The position numbers and the translations under genes were made by a program. From the IMG/VR virus record IMGVR_UViG_3300032324_000938, positions 1 through 64,000 of that record: 64,000 bases of DNA; one strand, given 5' to 3'. The DNA is from a virus. Taxonomy: Duplodnaviria; Caudoviricetes. The notes under the pieces are model-generated. The model made no database searches, was not told the DNA's origin, and saw nothing but the letters and a program-made list of their open reading frames with translations. This document shows, piece by piece, positions 9,229 through 20,209 of this stretch (the stretch's first letter is position 1; each line of letters begins with the position of its first letter).

Positions 9229-10605
9229 TTAGTTGTTAATAGAAAGATCACCGTCATTCAAATAGTCCAGATTGGTCAAACGCAATCCAACCCGTTGACG
9301 CATCTTTTGTTCAATTTCAACACCTTCAGCAAAGAAGAACCGTTGAATCACTGGAGATTTACCATTAGCACGGTGACAACGACCAAGTGCTTGAAGAGTG
9401 TTAATGGCACTGTAACTAGGATTAATCAGAGTGTGACGGGGATAATTACCATTCAAGTCATGAAGACTGATACTAGCAGCACCAGCAGGAATCATAACAA
9501 GACAAACCCGTGAAATGTCATTCTGAAACAATTCAATTTGTTCATTACGTTTGGTCTTGCTTTGTCCACCAACAATCTTGCTGATCTTACCATCAAAACT
9601 GTCAGACTCATTAAGCTTCTTTTCAATAGCTTCCAGAGTGTCACGGAAATTAACAAATACCACAGGGCTAATACCCTCACGGTACATATCAATAATCCAA
9701 TTAACCATTGCAGGAACCTTAAGAATCTCACTCTGACGACGGGCCTTCATAATAGTAGCAAAGTGATGCGCACTATATTCCTTGGATGATTCCTCCAATT
9801 GCATCAACTCCGCATGCATCTCATTATAGATAGATTGAAGTTTAGCAGCATTGCCACCCATATCAAAACTATCTGCAATAACTTGGTTCTGAGGAAAGAT
9901 ATCACCAAAGTCCTTACGGTTCATTCGACTTGCACAATTAAGCAAATTGAACAAACTGTTATGAATACGGAGCATACCATCTTTGCACTTCTGCGCATCC
10001 TTATCCCAAGTAGCAACACCAAAATGGTTGAAGTCAACACCATTGGCCTGAAAGAAATCCCTATAGTCAATACCCTTGTGAAGTGCAGTAGCATAACCAA
10101 ATGCCTTCATCTCAGTGATATTGGTAGCAGCACTAGCACTAAGCATCAACAACTTGTGTCCTGCATTCTTAATAGCAATAAGACACTCAGACATCAAACT
10201 CTTTTGACCCTTACACTTATGCACTTCATCCAAGATAACCAAACTGTTATCAGGAAAGTTAACCCTAATACCTTGTGACCGCCAGAATTGGTTGTATTTG
10301 CGGTTAATGTAAGTAGGATAATTATAAGTGTAATATTCAGTATTGCCACGGGTCAATCGTTCCAAGGTAAGAACAATAGGGTTTTCAATACCAAATGACT
10401 TGAGAGTGTCAAACCAATTCTTCTGCACACTCTTAGGACACAACACAACTACACTGGAACCAAGATTCTTGGCAATCCAAGAAGCACAAACAGTTTTACC
10501 AGTTCCAGTGGGGGACGCATCAAACGCAAATCCGTTAATATAAATGCTATTCAAAAGATTGAGAGAATGTTGTTTTTGAGGTTCAAATAGTCCGTTGAAG
10601 TTCAT
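9229..10605 (-). CDS. Superfamily 2 helicase (DEAD/SNF2-like)
   Basis: PTGTGKT, ILDEVH, SASA and QALGRCHR motifs. Confidence 0.9.
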   Translation of the reverse strand: MNFNGLFEPQKQHSLNLLNSIYINGFAFDASPTGTGKTVCASWIAKNLGSSVVVLCPKSVQKNWFDTLKSFGIENPIVLTLERLTRGNTEYYTYNYPTYINRKYNQFWRSQGIRVNFPDNSLVILDEVHKCKGQKSLMSECLIAIKNAGHKLLMLSASAATNITEMKAFGYATALHKGIDYRDFFQANGVDFNHFGVATWDKDAQKCKDGMLRIHNSLFNLLNCASRMNRKDFGDIFPQNQVIADSFDMGGNAAKLQSIYNEMHAELMQLEESSKEYSAHHFATIMKARRQSEILKVPAMVNWIIDMYREGISPVVFVNFRDTLEAIEKKLNESDSFDGKISKIVGGQSKTKRNEQIELFQNDISRVCLVMIPAGAASISLHDLNGNYPRHTLINPSYSAINTLQALGRCHRANGKSPVIQRFFFAEGVEIEQKMRQRVGLRLTNLDYLNDGDLSINN

Positions 10606-10711
10606 TGTTTTAATATACTAACACAATTTTGTAAGGAGTCAAAAAGTTTTTTTAATTTTTTAAATTTTTTTTTAATATGTATGTTTACCTAAACCTGTAA
10701 GTGACTTGTCT

Positions 10712-11767
10712 ATGAAAATAATTAATTTGAAATATTGCCCTCTTGAATCAAATGAAGTTCCTTCAAGATCTGAATATAAAAATAAAATAAAAGAAGTTGA
10801 TTGTTATGAAATAAAAACTATAGAACAATTAGAAGAATTTATTAAAAATCCTCCATTTTCAATGGACAGAAAAATAAATGATTTTATAAAATTTCAACAT
10901 AAAGATATAAATTATCTTTTAGATTTAATAAATGTTGATGATAAGTTTACAAAACAAATGGTAACAAAAAAAATATTTTCTAAAATATTTAAATATAAAT
11001 CAAAAACAATGTTAGAATATTGGTTATGTCGTGGTTGGAATATTGAAGATGCAACAGAAAAAATAAAAATTTTACAATCTAATATAGCAAAAAATAGTCA
11101 TATAAAAAACAACAAAAAAGATAGATACAATACTACAGTTGAGTTTTGGATGAAAAGAGGATTTTCAAAAGATGAATCAATAAAAAAAATAAAAGAAAGA
11201 CAATCTACATTTTCTCTTAAAAAATGTATTGAAAAATATGGGAATGAAAAAGGAATTAAAATTTTTAATAAAAGACAATTAAAATGGAAAGAATCACTAT
11301 ATAACGACAAGTCAGATGTAGAAATTAAAAAAATGTATTCTGACAGAATCAAAGATGGTGTATTTGGCGCATCTAAAGAAAGTCTAAAAGTATTTTTACC
11401 ATTAATTGAAAAATTGAAAAATAAAAATTTATTAAATGAAGGTGAATATCATATTGGATATAATGATAAAAAAGAATTTATGTTATATGATAAAGACAAA
11501 AAAGTTGTATATTTCTATGATTTTGTGATACCAAAATATAATTTAATTATTGAATTTAATGGAACACTTTGGCATCCAAATGGAGATAATTGGAAACCAG
11601 CAAACTTTGTTAAGGAAACAAAAGATTCACTTATTCAAAAAGAAGTCAGAAAAATGTTAATTGCTGAACAAAATAATTTCAAAATCCTTAAAATATGGGA
11701 TGTTGATGATATAGATATTAACATTAACAAATGTTTAGAATTTGTTTTGATTAATCTTAATAATTAA
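10712..11767 (+). mobile_element. Free-standing putative homing endonuclease, PD-(D/E)XK / DUF559-like C-terminus
   Basis: YDFVIPKYNLIIEFNGTLWH motif; repeated [YF]W-x-x-RG[WF] units; very low GC; inverted relative to neighbours. Confidence 0.7.
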
Positions 11768-11868
11768 TTTTGTCTCAAAACTTTTTTTAACTACTCAAAC
11801 GGACAGAAAATTTAAAGGACGGGGTTTTTTGAGGAAAAGGATTACCCCAAACCTTTTGGATAGAATTA

Positions 11869-12411
11869 TTACACAACGTGAATCATCTTATCCAGAAGAT
11901 CAAACAGAGACTTCATCTCAGGAGCACTACTAAGAATAGTGTCACGGGCATCATCAGCATTATCAAACTTGAACTTGAATGCCGGGCGACCCTTCTTGGT
12001 CTTAGCAGTCTTACGACTGAAACTAGCACTCAACTTGGTTTCATAAGCAAGGTCAGGCAGACGAACCGTATACTCACGGCGGACAGCACAAGGAGCAGCT
12101 CCAGCAGTAGCACGGGCAAGCAGAGTTGCGGTAGACCGGTTAACAGTGACACCAGCAACATTGTTAAGAATCCTAACAATAGTGTTATACTCAACACCCT
12201 TGGGGAAATAAGTGATAGTAGCAAGAACATACTTCCACCAGCTATAAGGATTACGGGCCTTGGTCATGTTGTTTTGTTCACGGAACAGATTGATAGCCTG
12301 AGTCAAGGCAATATCATCATTGAGGTTCTTAACCAACTTGTTAGTCTTAACCTTCTTACCATCAAACTTATAGGTGAAGAACGGGTTATCAATGTTATCA
12401 GCAGTGTTCAT
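11869..12411 (-). CDS. Hypothetical protein with AT-hook-like KKGRP
   Basis: ORF with strong promoter; C-ending codon bias. Confidence 0.8.
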   Translation of the reverse strand: MNTADNIDNPFFTYKFDGKKVKTNKLVKNLNDDIALTQAINLFREQNNMTKARNPYSWWKYVLATITYFPKGVEYNTIVRILNNVAGVTVNRSTATLLARATAGAAPCAVRREYTVRLPDLAYETKLSASFSRKTAKTKKGRPAFKFKFDNADDARDTILSSAPEMKSLFDLLDKMIHVV

Positions 12412-12510
12412 GTTTTTTATTTTTTATGTTTTATGTTTTATTTTCTACTTTTTAACTTTACCAGATGAACTCCTCTCCGTCAACGTTTTTTTGAAAGTTT
12501 TTTTCAACCT

Positions 12511-12543
12511 TCAATCAACCGTGTTGGATTCAGAACTCATCAT
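12511..12543 (-). CDS. Possible 10-codon minigene MMSSESNTVD
   Basis: Follows a TTGACG-17-TAGGAT promoter by 6 nt. Confidence 0.35.
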   Translation of the reverse strand: MMSSESNTVD

Positions 12544-12605
12544 GGATACATCCTAAACGAACCTGACCACTGCGTCAACACTTTTTTCAAAATTTTTGAA
12601 AAAGG

Positions 12606-12800
12606 TCAGTTTTCCTCATCTTTTTCATGCTTGAAGGCTACAACCACTCCAATTGCTCCCTCAATCAACTTGTCCAACAAAGCATTCATCGTGGTCATTA
12701 ACAAGAACCAACTCATAAGTAGAAACAACAATACTCCAAGATAGTTTGACCAATGTTCCAACATGAATTTAATAAGATCAACTGTATTAATAATAATCAT
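12606..12800 (-). CDS. Small membrane protein
   Basis: Hydrophobic segments. Confidence 0.65.
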   Translation of the reverse strand: MIIINTVDLIKFMLEHWSNYLGVLLFLLMSWFLLMTTMNALLDKLIEGAIGVVVAFKHEKDEEN

Positions 12801-12847
12801 GTAAACATACTAACTGACACACTCTGATTTGTCAAACGGTAACTTAT

Positions 12848-13858
12848 TTATAAGATTTTATTTATTATTTCACCAACTTTATTAAACCAAATTTCATTTC
12901 CTCTTTGTATATTTGGAATCTTACTCAAATCAATTTTCTTACTCCACTCAGCATAACCATGAAATTTAGCATCATTTACATTACAATATTGTTCATAATG
13001 ATTTTCCATCGGTATCATCAATAACGGTTTTTTCTGTAATATTGCTTCACTAGCAGTTTCAAATCCACCACTACAAACTACTGCTTTACATACTTTCATC
13101 TTTTCTTGAAATAGTTTACCGTCCAAATTATTTAATGTTAAATTGGATGGACATTCAAACTTCTTGGTTAATTTGGTAAAACATTGTATTTTTATATTTG
13201 GATTGTATACTGCTTGTACTATCAAATTTGGAACCATATCTTCATGCATCAAATATACCAATACAAAGTCTTCTGTATTATTATTGAATGTATAACTTTC
13301 TTTTCTTAGTATTGGTGGACATGGTATTAAATTATCATCTTCAAATTCATAAAAACTCAAGGCTAACTTGGTTGCTTTTATGCTTGTGATCCAATTGATT
13401 AATTTTATAAACATTTTTTGTATATAAAACCCTTTAATTTTTGGATATACATCAGCATCCATTGCGTATTGATGTGCAACACTGATATATTTTATTTTGG
13501 GGAAAAACAAAGCGGTTAAACCTATCAGTGGTTCATAAAAATTGAATATGACATCTGGTTTTTCTTTTTTGATGATGTAACATATTTTGATGAATGAATA
13601 GATTAAACGGGGTAATTTTATCCAATTTTTTAATATTGTTCTGTATATAATAACTTTACCTTTGTTATTGAATACAAAATCAAATCCGTCAAATTCAATT
13701 ATATTAAATTCATCTTTAAAAAAATTAGAAAAACCTTTTTCTTTTTTCGCAGCAAAAACACCAATAATATCATGTTTTTCACTTAAACGCTGTTTCATTG
13801 AAATTGCTTGTACGGTATGACCGTTTCCTTCAGTACAAACACCAAATAATATCTTCAT
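12848..13858 (-). CDS. Glycosyltransferase, MJ1255/VC2487-type
   Basis: MKILFGVCTEGNGH and CSGGFETASEA...PMENHYEQYCN motifs. Confidence 0.85.
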   Translation of the reverse strand: MKILFGVCTEGNGHTVQAISMKQRLSEKHDIIGVFAAKKEKGFSNFFKDEFNIIEFDGFDFVFNNKGKVIIYRTILKNWIKLPRLIYSFIKICYIIKKEKPDVIFNFYEPLIGLTALFFPKIKYISVAHQYAMDADVYPKIKGFYIQKMFIKLINWITSIKATKLALSFYEFEDDNLIPCPPILRKESYTFNNNTEDFVLVYLMHEDMVPNLIVQAVYNPNIKIQCFTKLTKKFECPSNLTLNNLDGKLFQEKMKVCKAVVCSGGFETASEAILQKKPLLMIPMENHYEQYCNVNDAKFHGYAEWSKKIDLSKIPNIQRGNEIWFNKVGEIINKIL

Positions 13859-14565
13859 AGTTTAATTAATTTAATTTCCCCATCCAATGTTTCAATTATA
13901 TACGATGTATTTTCCCCAACAATAAAACTACCACAATTATAATAATTTATACCATCAATAACAGTACACTCTGGTTTATGTATATGACCGCAAAGAATAC
14001 TGTCATGATTACTGTTTTTACAATAATTTACAACAGTTTGTTCATAGTTGCTAATATACTTAACTGCTTCTTTTGCTTTTTGTTTCAAGAAATTACTAAA
14101 ACTAAACTTAAATACTCTAAATAACTTATTTACCGCCAAACTATAATCATATATAACAGAACCAATATGTTGTATCCACTTGTTTTTAGTCACTATACCA
14201 TCAAATTGATCCCCGTGAATAATCAATATCTTTTCATTGTTTAATGTAACATGACTGGTTTCTCTTACAACCTGTACATTGTCACCAAAGTATATACCAG
14301 TAAATGGTTCTATAAAATCATCATGATTTCCCCACACATAATATACTTGCGTACCTTTTCTGCTCATACGCAATATCTTTTGTAATATTGTATTGTAGTT
14401 ACTATTCCACTTGAATTTTCTACTCAATATCCAACCATCTATAAAGTCACCCACAATGTATAAATATTCACATTCTATCTCACTCAATAACTTCAATAAT
14501 TTTTCATGGTTACAATAATCACTACCTATATGACAATCACTTATAAATAATGCTCTTACTTTCAT
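13855..14565 (-). CDS. LpxH/YbbF-like metallophosphoesterase (UDP-2,3-diacylglucosamine diphosphatase family)
   Basis: SDCH, GDFID, GNHD, HGDQFD and GHIH motifs. Confidence 0.85.
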   Translation of the reverse strand: MKVRALFISDCHIGSDYCNHEKLLKLLSEIECEYLYIVGDFIDGWILSRKFKWNSNYNTILQKILRMSRKGTQVYYVWGNHDDFIEPFTGIYFGDNVQVVRETSHVTLNNEKILIIHGDQFDGIVTKNKWIQHIGSVIYDYSLAVNKLFRVFKFSFSNFLKQKAKEAVKYISNYEQTVVNYCKNSNHDSILCGHIHKPECTVIDGINYYNCGSFIVGENTSYIIETLDGEIKLIKL

Positions 14566-14616
14566 TTATATAAGTATCAAATAGTATGTTACAGATTTGA
14601 AACACTGTAACTTATT

Positions 14617-15474
14617 CTATATACCAAAATCATTTACATATGGATATGACCGTTTCAATTCTTCCATAACTTTTTCACTGGTACCATGTTCTTTTAGAAG
14701 TTTATTTACAAATGGTGTATTTCTAATATTTAGATAATTACTACACCTGATGTCTGTAGGAATTGATTCAATTGTACTGTTTATTAATATCAAATTATCA
14801 ATTTCACAGTTATTACCAATTGATTTTAAATGCTTACAATTAGATGCTTTTAGATACTTTATTTTGACATTATCTGGTATGCGTTCAACTGGTGTATCAA
14901 TTATATTAAGAGTACCGCAGGTAAATTTAGCTGGTAATATTCTGAATTTAACCGCAGATAATAAATTAATAGTTTCTATATAATGTTTAAACAATGGCAA
15001 TTCAGTTATATATGCTGCACTATCAAGATTGAGTCTATCACATTCAATATCATCTGGTATAACTCTTATACCACTTGAAGCCGCCTCAACTATTTTAACT
15101 TTTAATCCTTTTGGCAATTGATGTAGTTTATAACATCCAACAACACTTAAGATATCATAATGTCCTATAGTTAGATTATCTGGTAGTTTTGTTACATTTG
15201 AATTATTTAACAGTAAGTTACTTGGTGTATGTTTTAATTTATCTGGTACAACAAAATCTCCATTATATTGCAATGTACCATATTCATATCCATTATCATC
15301 TATATCTTTTGGTGATAATGTCAATGACATATTGTAACGCTTAACAATAAAATCATCAACAATAGCATTTACTTCTTTTTGTGTGATATTATTGTATTTA
15401 GTTTGACGGTCTTCAATTCTTCTGGGAATAAAGATATCATCATTTTCTAATAGTAAATCTTTTAGTTTAATCAT
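14617..15474 (-). CDS. LRR protein, type A, MIKLKDLLLE head
   Basis: LP-x-x-L repeats; paralogue of 16482-17375. Confidence 0.85.
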   Translation of the reverse strand: MIKLKDLLLENDDIFIPRRIEDRQTKYNNITQKEVNAIVDDFIVKRYNMSLTLSPKDIDDNGYEYGTLQYNGDFVVPDKLKHTPSNLLLNNSNVTKLPDNLTIGHYDILSVVGCYKLHQLPKGLKVKIVEAASSGIRVIPDDIECDRLNLDSAAYITELPLFKHYIETINLLSAVKFRILPAKFTCGTLNIIDTPVERIPDNVKIKYLKASNCKHLKSIGNNCEIDNLILINSTIESIPTDIRCSNYLNIRNTPFVNKLLKEHGTSEKVMEELKRSYPYVNDFGI

Positions 15475-16001
15475 ACCCCCACCATTCCTTTTACATCAGA
15501 TACTGATCTAACTTGTTTTTCTGTAAATTTAACTGGATTTCGATAACAAAAAAAATGTCCGTTAACAGTCTTAGGCGCACCTTCTAATGATGTTAATTTA
15601 TTATCAGTACAATAAAAATTTTCATTAATCACGGTTTCCTTCAATCCTTTTAGTGATGTTAAGTTATTATAATGACAATAAAAAGTTCCATCAACATACT
15701 TAGGCGCATTAATTAATGATGTTAACTTATTGTCACTACAATCAAAAGTTCCATCAACAGTTTTAGGACAATTTTCTAATGATGTTAAATTATTATTAAA
15801 ACAAAAAAAATTACCGCCAACAGTTATATCTTTTAATATCTCAGGTAACACAGTTAATTTCAAGTCACTTAAATTTAAGCTACCTTTATTACCATTACGA
15901 ATATAGTTTTTAATCATACGCTCAATTCTATCCTCTATTCTTCTTGGAATGAAAATACTTGGCGGCTTACCTTCTAATAGTAAATCTTTTAATTTAATCA
16001 T
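15471..16001 (-). CDS. 21-aa-repeat LRR protein, MIKLKDLLLE head
   Basis: LTSLxxxPKxVxGxFxCxxN repeats. Confidence 0.85.
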   Translation of the reverse strand: MIKLKDLLLEGKPPSIFIPRRIEDRIERMIKNYIRNGNKGSLNLSDLKLTVLPEILKDITVGGNFFCFNNNLTSLENCPKTVDGTFDCSDNKLTSLINAPKYVDGTFYCHYNNLTSLKGLKETVINENFYCTDNKLTSLEGAPKTVNGHFFCYRNPVKFTEKQVRSVSDVKGMVGV

Positions 16002-16477
16002 AAAAAGTCCATCCAACGATAAATTTTTATTTTTCCACGAATATCACAAATAGACCTAAAGAAATCTACTGTAAATTCCTTTGGAAATTTACGAGTGCCA
16101 CCAAGGTAATGTCCTACTTCTAAATCTCCACCAATTTTTTTAGGAAAATATGTAAAATCAACCAATTTATGATTGGATGAAATTTGCAAATTGCCATGTA
16201 TTATCTTTGGTATTCCTTGTAATGATATTAATTCTTTACAACCTGATACACCATAATTCTTACCAACAATTTCAGGTCCACCAACAAGATTTTTAAGTTT
16301 TTCATTGTAACTAAAATACACACTTTCACCAATTATTCTTGGACAATTCTTTAATGATGATATACGGTTGTCACTTACACTGAAATATCCATCAATTTTA
16401 TCAACTGTAGATAAAATCTCAGGCAATTCTTTCAAATGCAAACGGTCTAAATCAAGATTTCCTTCTATTATTTTCAT
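15998..16477 (-). CDS. LRR protein lacking the MIKL head
   Basis: Same repeat type; starts MKIIEG. Confidence 0.8.
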   Translation of the reverse strand: MKIIEGNLDLDRLHLKELPEILSTVDKIDGYFSVSDNRISSLKNCPRIIGESVYFSYNEKLKNLVGGPEIVGKNYGVSGCKELISLQGIPKIIHGNLQISSNHKLVDFTYFPKKIGGDLEVGHYLGGTRKFPKEFTVDFFRSICDIRGKIKIYRWMDFL

Positions 16478-16481
16478 TTGT

Positions 16482-17375
16482 TTAACCAAGTTGGAATTCT
16501 TTTACATTAGGGTACATTATCTTCAATGCCTTTAAAACTTTTGGTTTAGTTTTATATTTATTAAATAAATTTATTCTTAATGGTGTATTTATGTATGTAA
16601 GGTTTAGTAAATCTGCTTTAATATCAGTTGGTAATGTAGTAAAACTAGGACAACTATAACCAATAAATAAACGCTCAATTGTACAATTTGAACCAATTGA
16701 TGTAAATTTTTCACATTCATTAACAGTAAGTTCTTTTATGTTTACATTATTAGGAACTGATACAAATGATTTACTTTCTTGAATTAATATTTTACCGGCG
16801 GTAAATCCAACTGGTAATGTTTTGAAAAATCTACAACCTTCCAAATCTATATTCATAAAATGTTTGAACAATGGCAATTGTTTTAATACTCTTGTATGTT
16901 GTAAATTCAAGTAAATACATTGTAGGTCATCAGGTATTTCAATTAAACCACTATTATAAGCATCAATTCTAGCAACTTTTAAACCTTTTGGTAATGCTTT
17001 TAATTTTTTACAATAAGAAACATCCAACTGACTATAAGTATCACCAATAAAAGTTAAATTGTCTGGTAATTTAGTTACATTACTATTTTCTAAATTAAAT
17101 GAACCATTTACTTTTTTTAATGTATCTGGTATTATAAAATCTCCCATTAAACTTAATTCACTGGTCTCATACTCATCCCAATAATCACCATCAGCACCAG
17201 AACCATTAGATAAATCCAAATCACCTTTATTTTTGCTAGCGTTATAATCATCAACAATTTTATTCACCTCTTTTTGGGTCATTTGATTATATCTAACCTT
17301 TCTATCTTCAATCTTTCTGGGAACAAAGATATTAGGCGTTTCATTTTCTAACAATAAATCTTTAAGCTTAATCAT
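16482..17375 (-). CDS. LRR protein, type A, MIKLKDLLLE head
   Basis: Paralogue of 14617-15474. Confidence 0.85.
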   Translation of the reverse strand: MIKLKDLLLENETPNIFVPRKIEDRKVRYNQMTQKEVNKIVDDYNASKNKGDLDLSNGSGADGDYWDEYETSELSLMGDFIIPDTLKKVNGSFNLENSNVTKLPDNLTFIGDTYSQLDVSYCKKLKALPKGLKVARIDAYNSGLIEIPDDLQCIYLNLQHTRVLKQLPLFKHFMNIDLEGCRFFKTLPVGFTAGKILIQESKSFVSVPNNVNIKELTVNECEKFTSIGSNCTIERLFIGYSCPSFTTLPTDIKADLLNLTYINTPLRINLFNKYKTKPKVLKALKIMYPNVKEFQLG

Positions 17376-17887
17376 ACAACTACATTACCTTTCACATTAC
17401 ACACTGCTCTAACTTGTTCTTTTGTAAATTTAACCGTGTTGTTTTTAAAATAAAAATCACCATTAACTGTTTTTGGTATATATTCTAGTGAAGTTAATTT
17501 ATTGTTACTGCAGTTAAACTCACCGTTAATAAATTCAGGCGCACCTTTAAATGATTCTAATTCAATATTCTGACAATAAAAATTTCCGTATACAATTTTA
17601 GGTGAATTTTCTAAAGTTTTTAATATATTCTTGCTTTGATTATCAATGTCAAGAATAGTATTATCCTGATTTGAACAATCAAAATAACCGTTGACAGTAA
17701 TACCTTTTAATATTGGAGGCAATTCTCTTAATCCAAATGAACTAAAATCTAAATTACCGTAATTACCGTCATTAATATATTGTCTTATAAGATTATTAAT
17801 AAAACGACCATTTCTATCTTCTATTCTTCTAGGAATAAAGATATTTGGTGCTTCATTTTCTAATAGTAAATCTTTCAACTTAATCAT
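17372..17887 (-). CDS. 21-aa-repeat LRR protein, MIKLKDLLLE head
   Basis: Repeat consensus and FTKEQVRAVC cap. Confidence 0.85.
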   Translation of the reverse strand: MIKLKDLLLENEAPNIFIPRRIEDRNGRFINNLIRQYINDGNYGNLDFSSFGLRELPPILKGITVNGYFDCSNQDNTILDIDNQSKNILKTLENSPKIVYGNFYCQNIELESFKGAPEFINGEFNCSNNKLTSLEYIPKTVNGDFYFKNNTVKFTKEQVRAVCNVKGNVVV

Positions 17888-17891
17888 AGTA

Positions 17892-18623
17892 TCAAATACC
17901 AATGATTTTACGGAATTTGGTTATTTCTGTTCCACTCATTACTTTATCATTGCCGTCATAACAACTGTGTACTTTACCATTCTTGTCAACCAATAATGCT
18001 GTTACAACCATTGCTGCACCTCTTGCTGGAAATGCTGCTTTTGCCAACTCAATCATTGCTTCATCTTTGATTCTTATATAATAAAAAGTAATTTGTTGCT
18101 TGAAATAATAATCATTGAAATGATCAGGCGCCTTATATGTTGTACACCACGCACTATCTTTACCACCACCTTCACAATCTCTGTACTGGAACTTACTCAA
18201 TCCCAAATATCTACTAGCCTCATGCGTATGTGGTACAGCAATAAGTAATTTATCAGTATCCATTATAACTTCATAATCATCACGCAATTCACTCTTGCTT
18301 TCACTACCAGCCGCATTCAATTCATCAACTTCCTTCTTCAAATCAGCAAATGATGGAAATTGATAGATATCTTTTGTCTTAGCCTTACCGTTTTTTACAA
18401 ATGCGTCATATTCTTCTATCTTGTTTCTTAATTCATCAATGTCTGTAACAGTCTTAGCAATCCATTGTTTTGCCATCCACCCCATATATTTCTTGGTTTG
18501 TGATGGGTCAATAGTTTGTAATTGTTCAAATTCCTCTGGAGTTAATTTACCTTGAACAACTAGTTCTTTAGCAACTTTTCTATTTTCTTGTAAAATTGAT
18601 GGATAAAAATCAGTGTATTTCAT
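17892..18623 (-). CDS. Hypothetical protein with P-H-T-H-E-A-S-R-Y...W-C domain
   Basis: Domain shared with 3114-4586; TATTTAT at 18630. Confidence 0.8.
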   Translation of the reverse strand: MKYTDFYPSILQENRKVAKELVVQGKLTPEEFEQLQTIDPSQTKKYMGWMAKQWIAKTVTDIDELRNKIEEYDAFVKNGKAKTKDIYQFPSFADLKKEVDELNAAGSESKSELRDDYEVIMDTDKLLIAVPHTHEASRYLGLSKFQYRDCEGGGKDSAWCTTYKAPDHFNDYYFKQQITFYYIRIKDEAMIELAKAAFPARGAAMVVTALLVDKNGKVHSCYDGNDKVMSGTEITKFRKIIGI

Positions 18624-18668
18624 ATTCTTATAAATATGAATCACTATAGTAAAGTTATTAACTATTTG

Positions 18669-19361
18669 TTAATAGTAAATTGTACCGCCTACATCACATA
18701 CCGCTTCAATTTGTTTTCTATTAAACTTAACTTTACACTTATGACAAGAAAAATCACCAGTAACTTTTTTAGGAATACCTTCCAATGACTCTAATTCAGG
18801 ATTATTACTAATATCAAACTCTCCATAAACAACTTCAGGAGCTCCAATTAATGATCTAATTTTATTAGATCTACATCTAAAAACACTATAACCAAGTCCA
18901 ACTCTTTCAGGTCCACCTTCCAATGTTATTAAATTATTGTTACTGCAAAGAAAATTTCCACGAATAATTCTAGGAGCACCATCTAAAGAAACAAGTTTAT
19001 TACCACTACAGTTATAATTTCCTCCTACTTCTATAGGTCCACCTTCTAGTGTTGATAACTTGTTACGACTACAATCAAATTCTCCTCCTACTTGTTGTGA
19101 ACATCCTTGTAATGATGTTAATTGATTATGATAACAATCAAAGTCACTACCAACAACTTTAGGCGCACCAATCAATGATGTTAACTTATTTTTAAATATC
19201 TCAAACTTGCCTCCAACACTAATAGGACAATTATTTAATGATGTCAATTTATTGTTACTTAAATAAAGATAACCATTAACAGCGACACCATTTAATATGT
19301 CAGGTATATCTTTTAAATAAAGACTTTCTAAACTTACATCACCTTCTATTACTTTAGCCAT
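18669..19361 (-). CDS. 21-aa-repeat LRR protein lacking the MIKL head
   Basis: Multiple LxSLxGxPxxVGGxFxC repeats. Confidence 0.85.
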   Translation of the reverse strand: MAKVIEGDVSLESLYLKDIPDILNGVAVNGYLYLSNNKLTSLNNCPISVGGKFEIFKNKLTSLIGAPKVVGSDFDCYHNQLTSLQGCSQQVGGEFDCSRNKLSTLEGGPIEVGGNYNCSGNKLVSLDGAPRIIRGNFLCSNNNLITLEGGPERVGLGYSVFRCRSNKIRSLIGAPEVVYGEFDISNNPELESLEGIPKKVTGDFSCHKCKVKFNRKQIEAVCDVGGTIYY

Positions 19362-19386
19362 ATATATCTTTATAAATATATGGTAA

Positions 19387-20142
19387 TTATACTAACTTGT
19401 CACTTTTAATTATGTTATCTTTAGCCCACAATGGTTGTAGATTGGTATAGTGACAAGCTTCAAGTAATTGTTTTCTATCTGTTAAGTCAAAACTGGATAA
19501 TGGCTTTATATGGTCAATATGCCAACCATCAGTTGTCCAGTTATCCCAAGTCATACCTGGCTGGAATTTAGATTCAATATATGATTTAAGTTCTTCTACA
19601 CTACAACCTAAGTCTTTTACAGCACTACCAGCTTTATAATTACCTTTGATTGCAGAATTTAATCTATTTCTTAAATTACAAGATAATTTATACTGTATAT
19701 CCGTTTTCTTTTTATTTTTAAAATATAAATTTTTTTTATCTTTATTTAAACTTCTATAAATTTTTTCTCTTAATTTTATTTTATCTTTATTAATTTTATA
19801 CCACGCTTCATTATAAATTTTTTTTCCTTTTTTGATTTTATCTTTATTAAGTTTGCGGTATTCTTTACCGTAAGCGTTCTTTTTTTCTTTATTTATTTGA
19901 TAATAATCATTCGCTTTAATTATTAATTTATTTTTATTAGATTGATAATAAAGTTTATTATATGATTTTTGTCTTTCCTTTGGTTCTGTAATATCTCTCC
20001 AATCTTTCTGCATTGAGTCGTTCTTTATTTCGTTCGTAGAAATGACTTCTTCGTTTACGCCATTGTTCTCTAATTTCGTCTTCTGTTCTGTTGAGTTTTT
20101 TTCTTCCCATATAAAGTAGTCGTGTTGTATATTCTCTATCAT
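19387..20142 (-). mobile_element. Free-standing HNH-type endonuclease
   Basis: WHIDHIKPL...HYTNLQPLWAKDN motif. Confidence 0.8.
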
Positions 20143-20209
20143 AAATATTCCTTTGTCAATTAATATATATTAAGTGACGGAATAAAAAGTGATAGAAAAT
20201 TAATAATAA

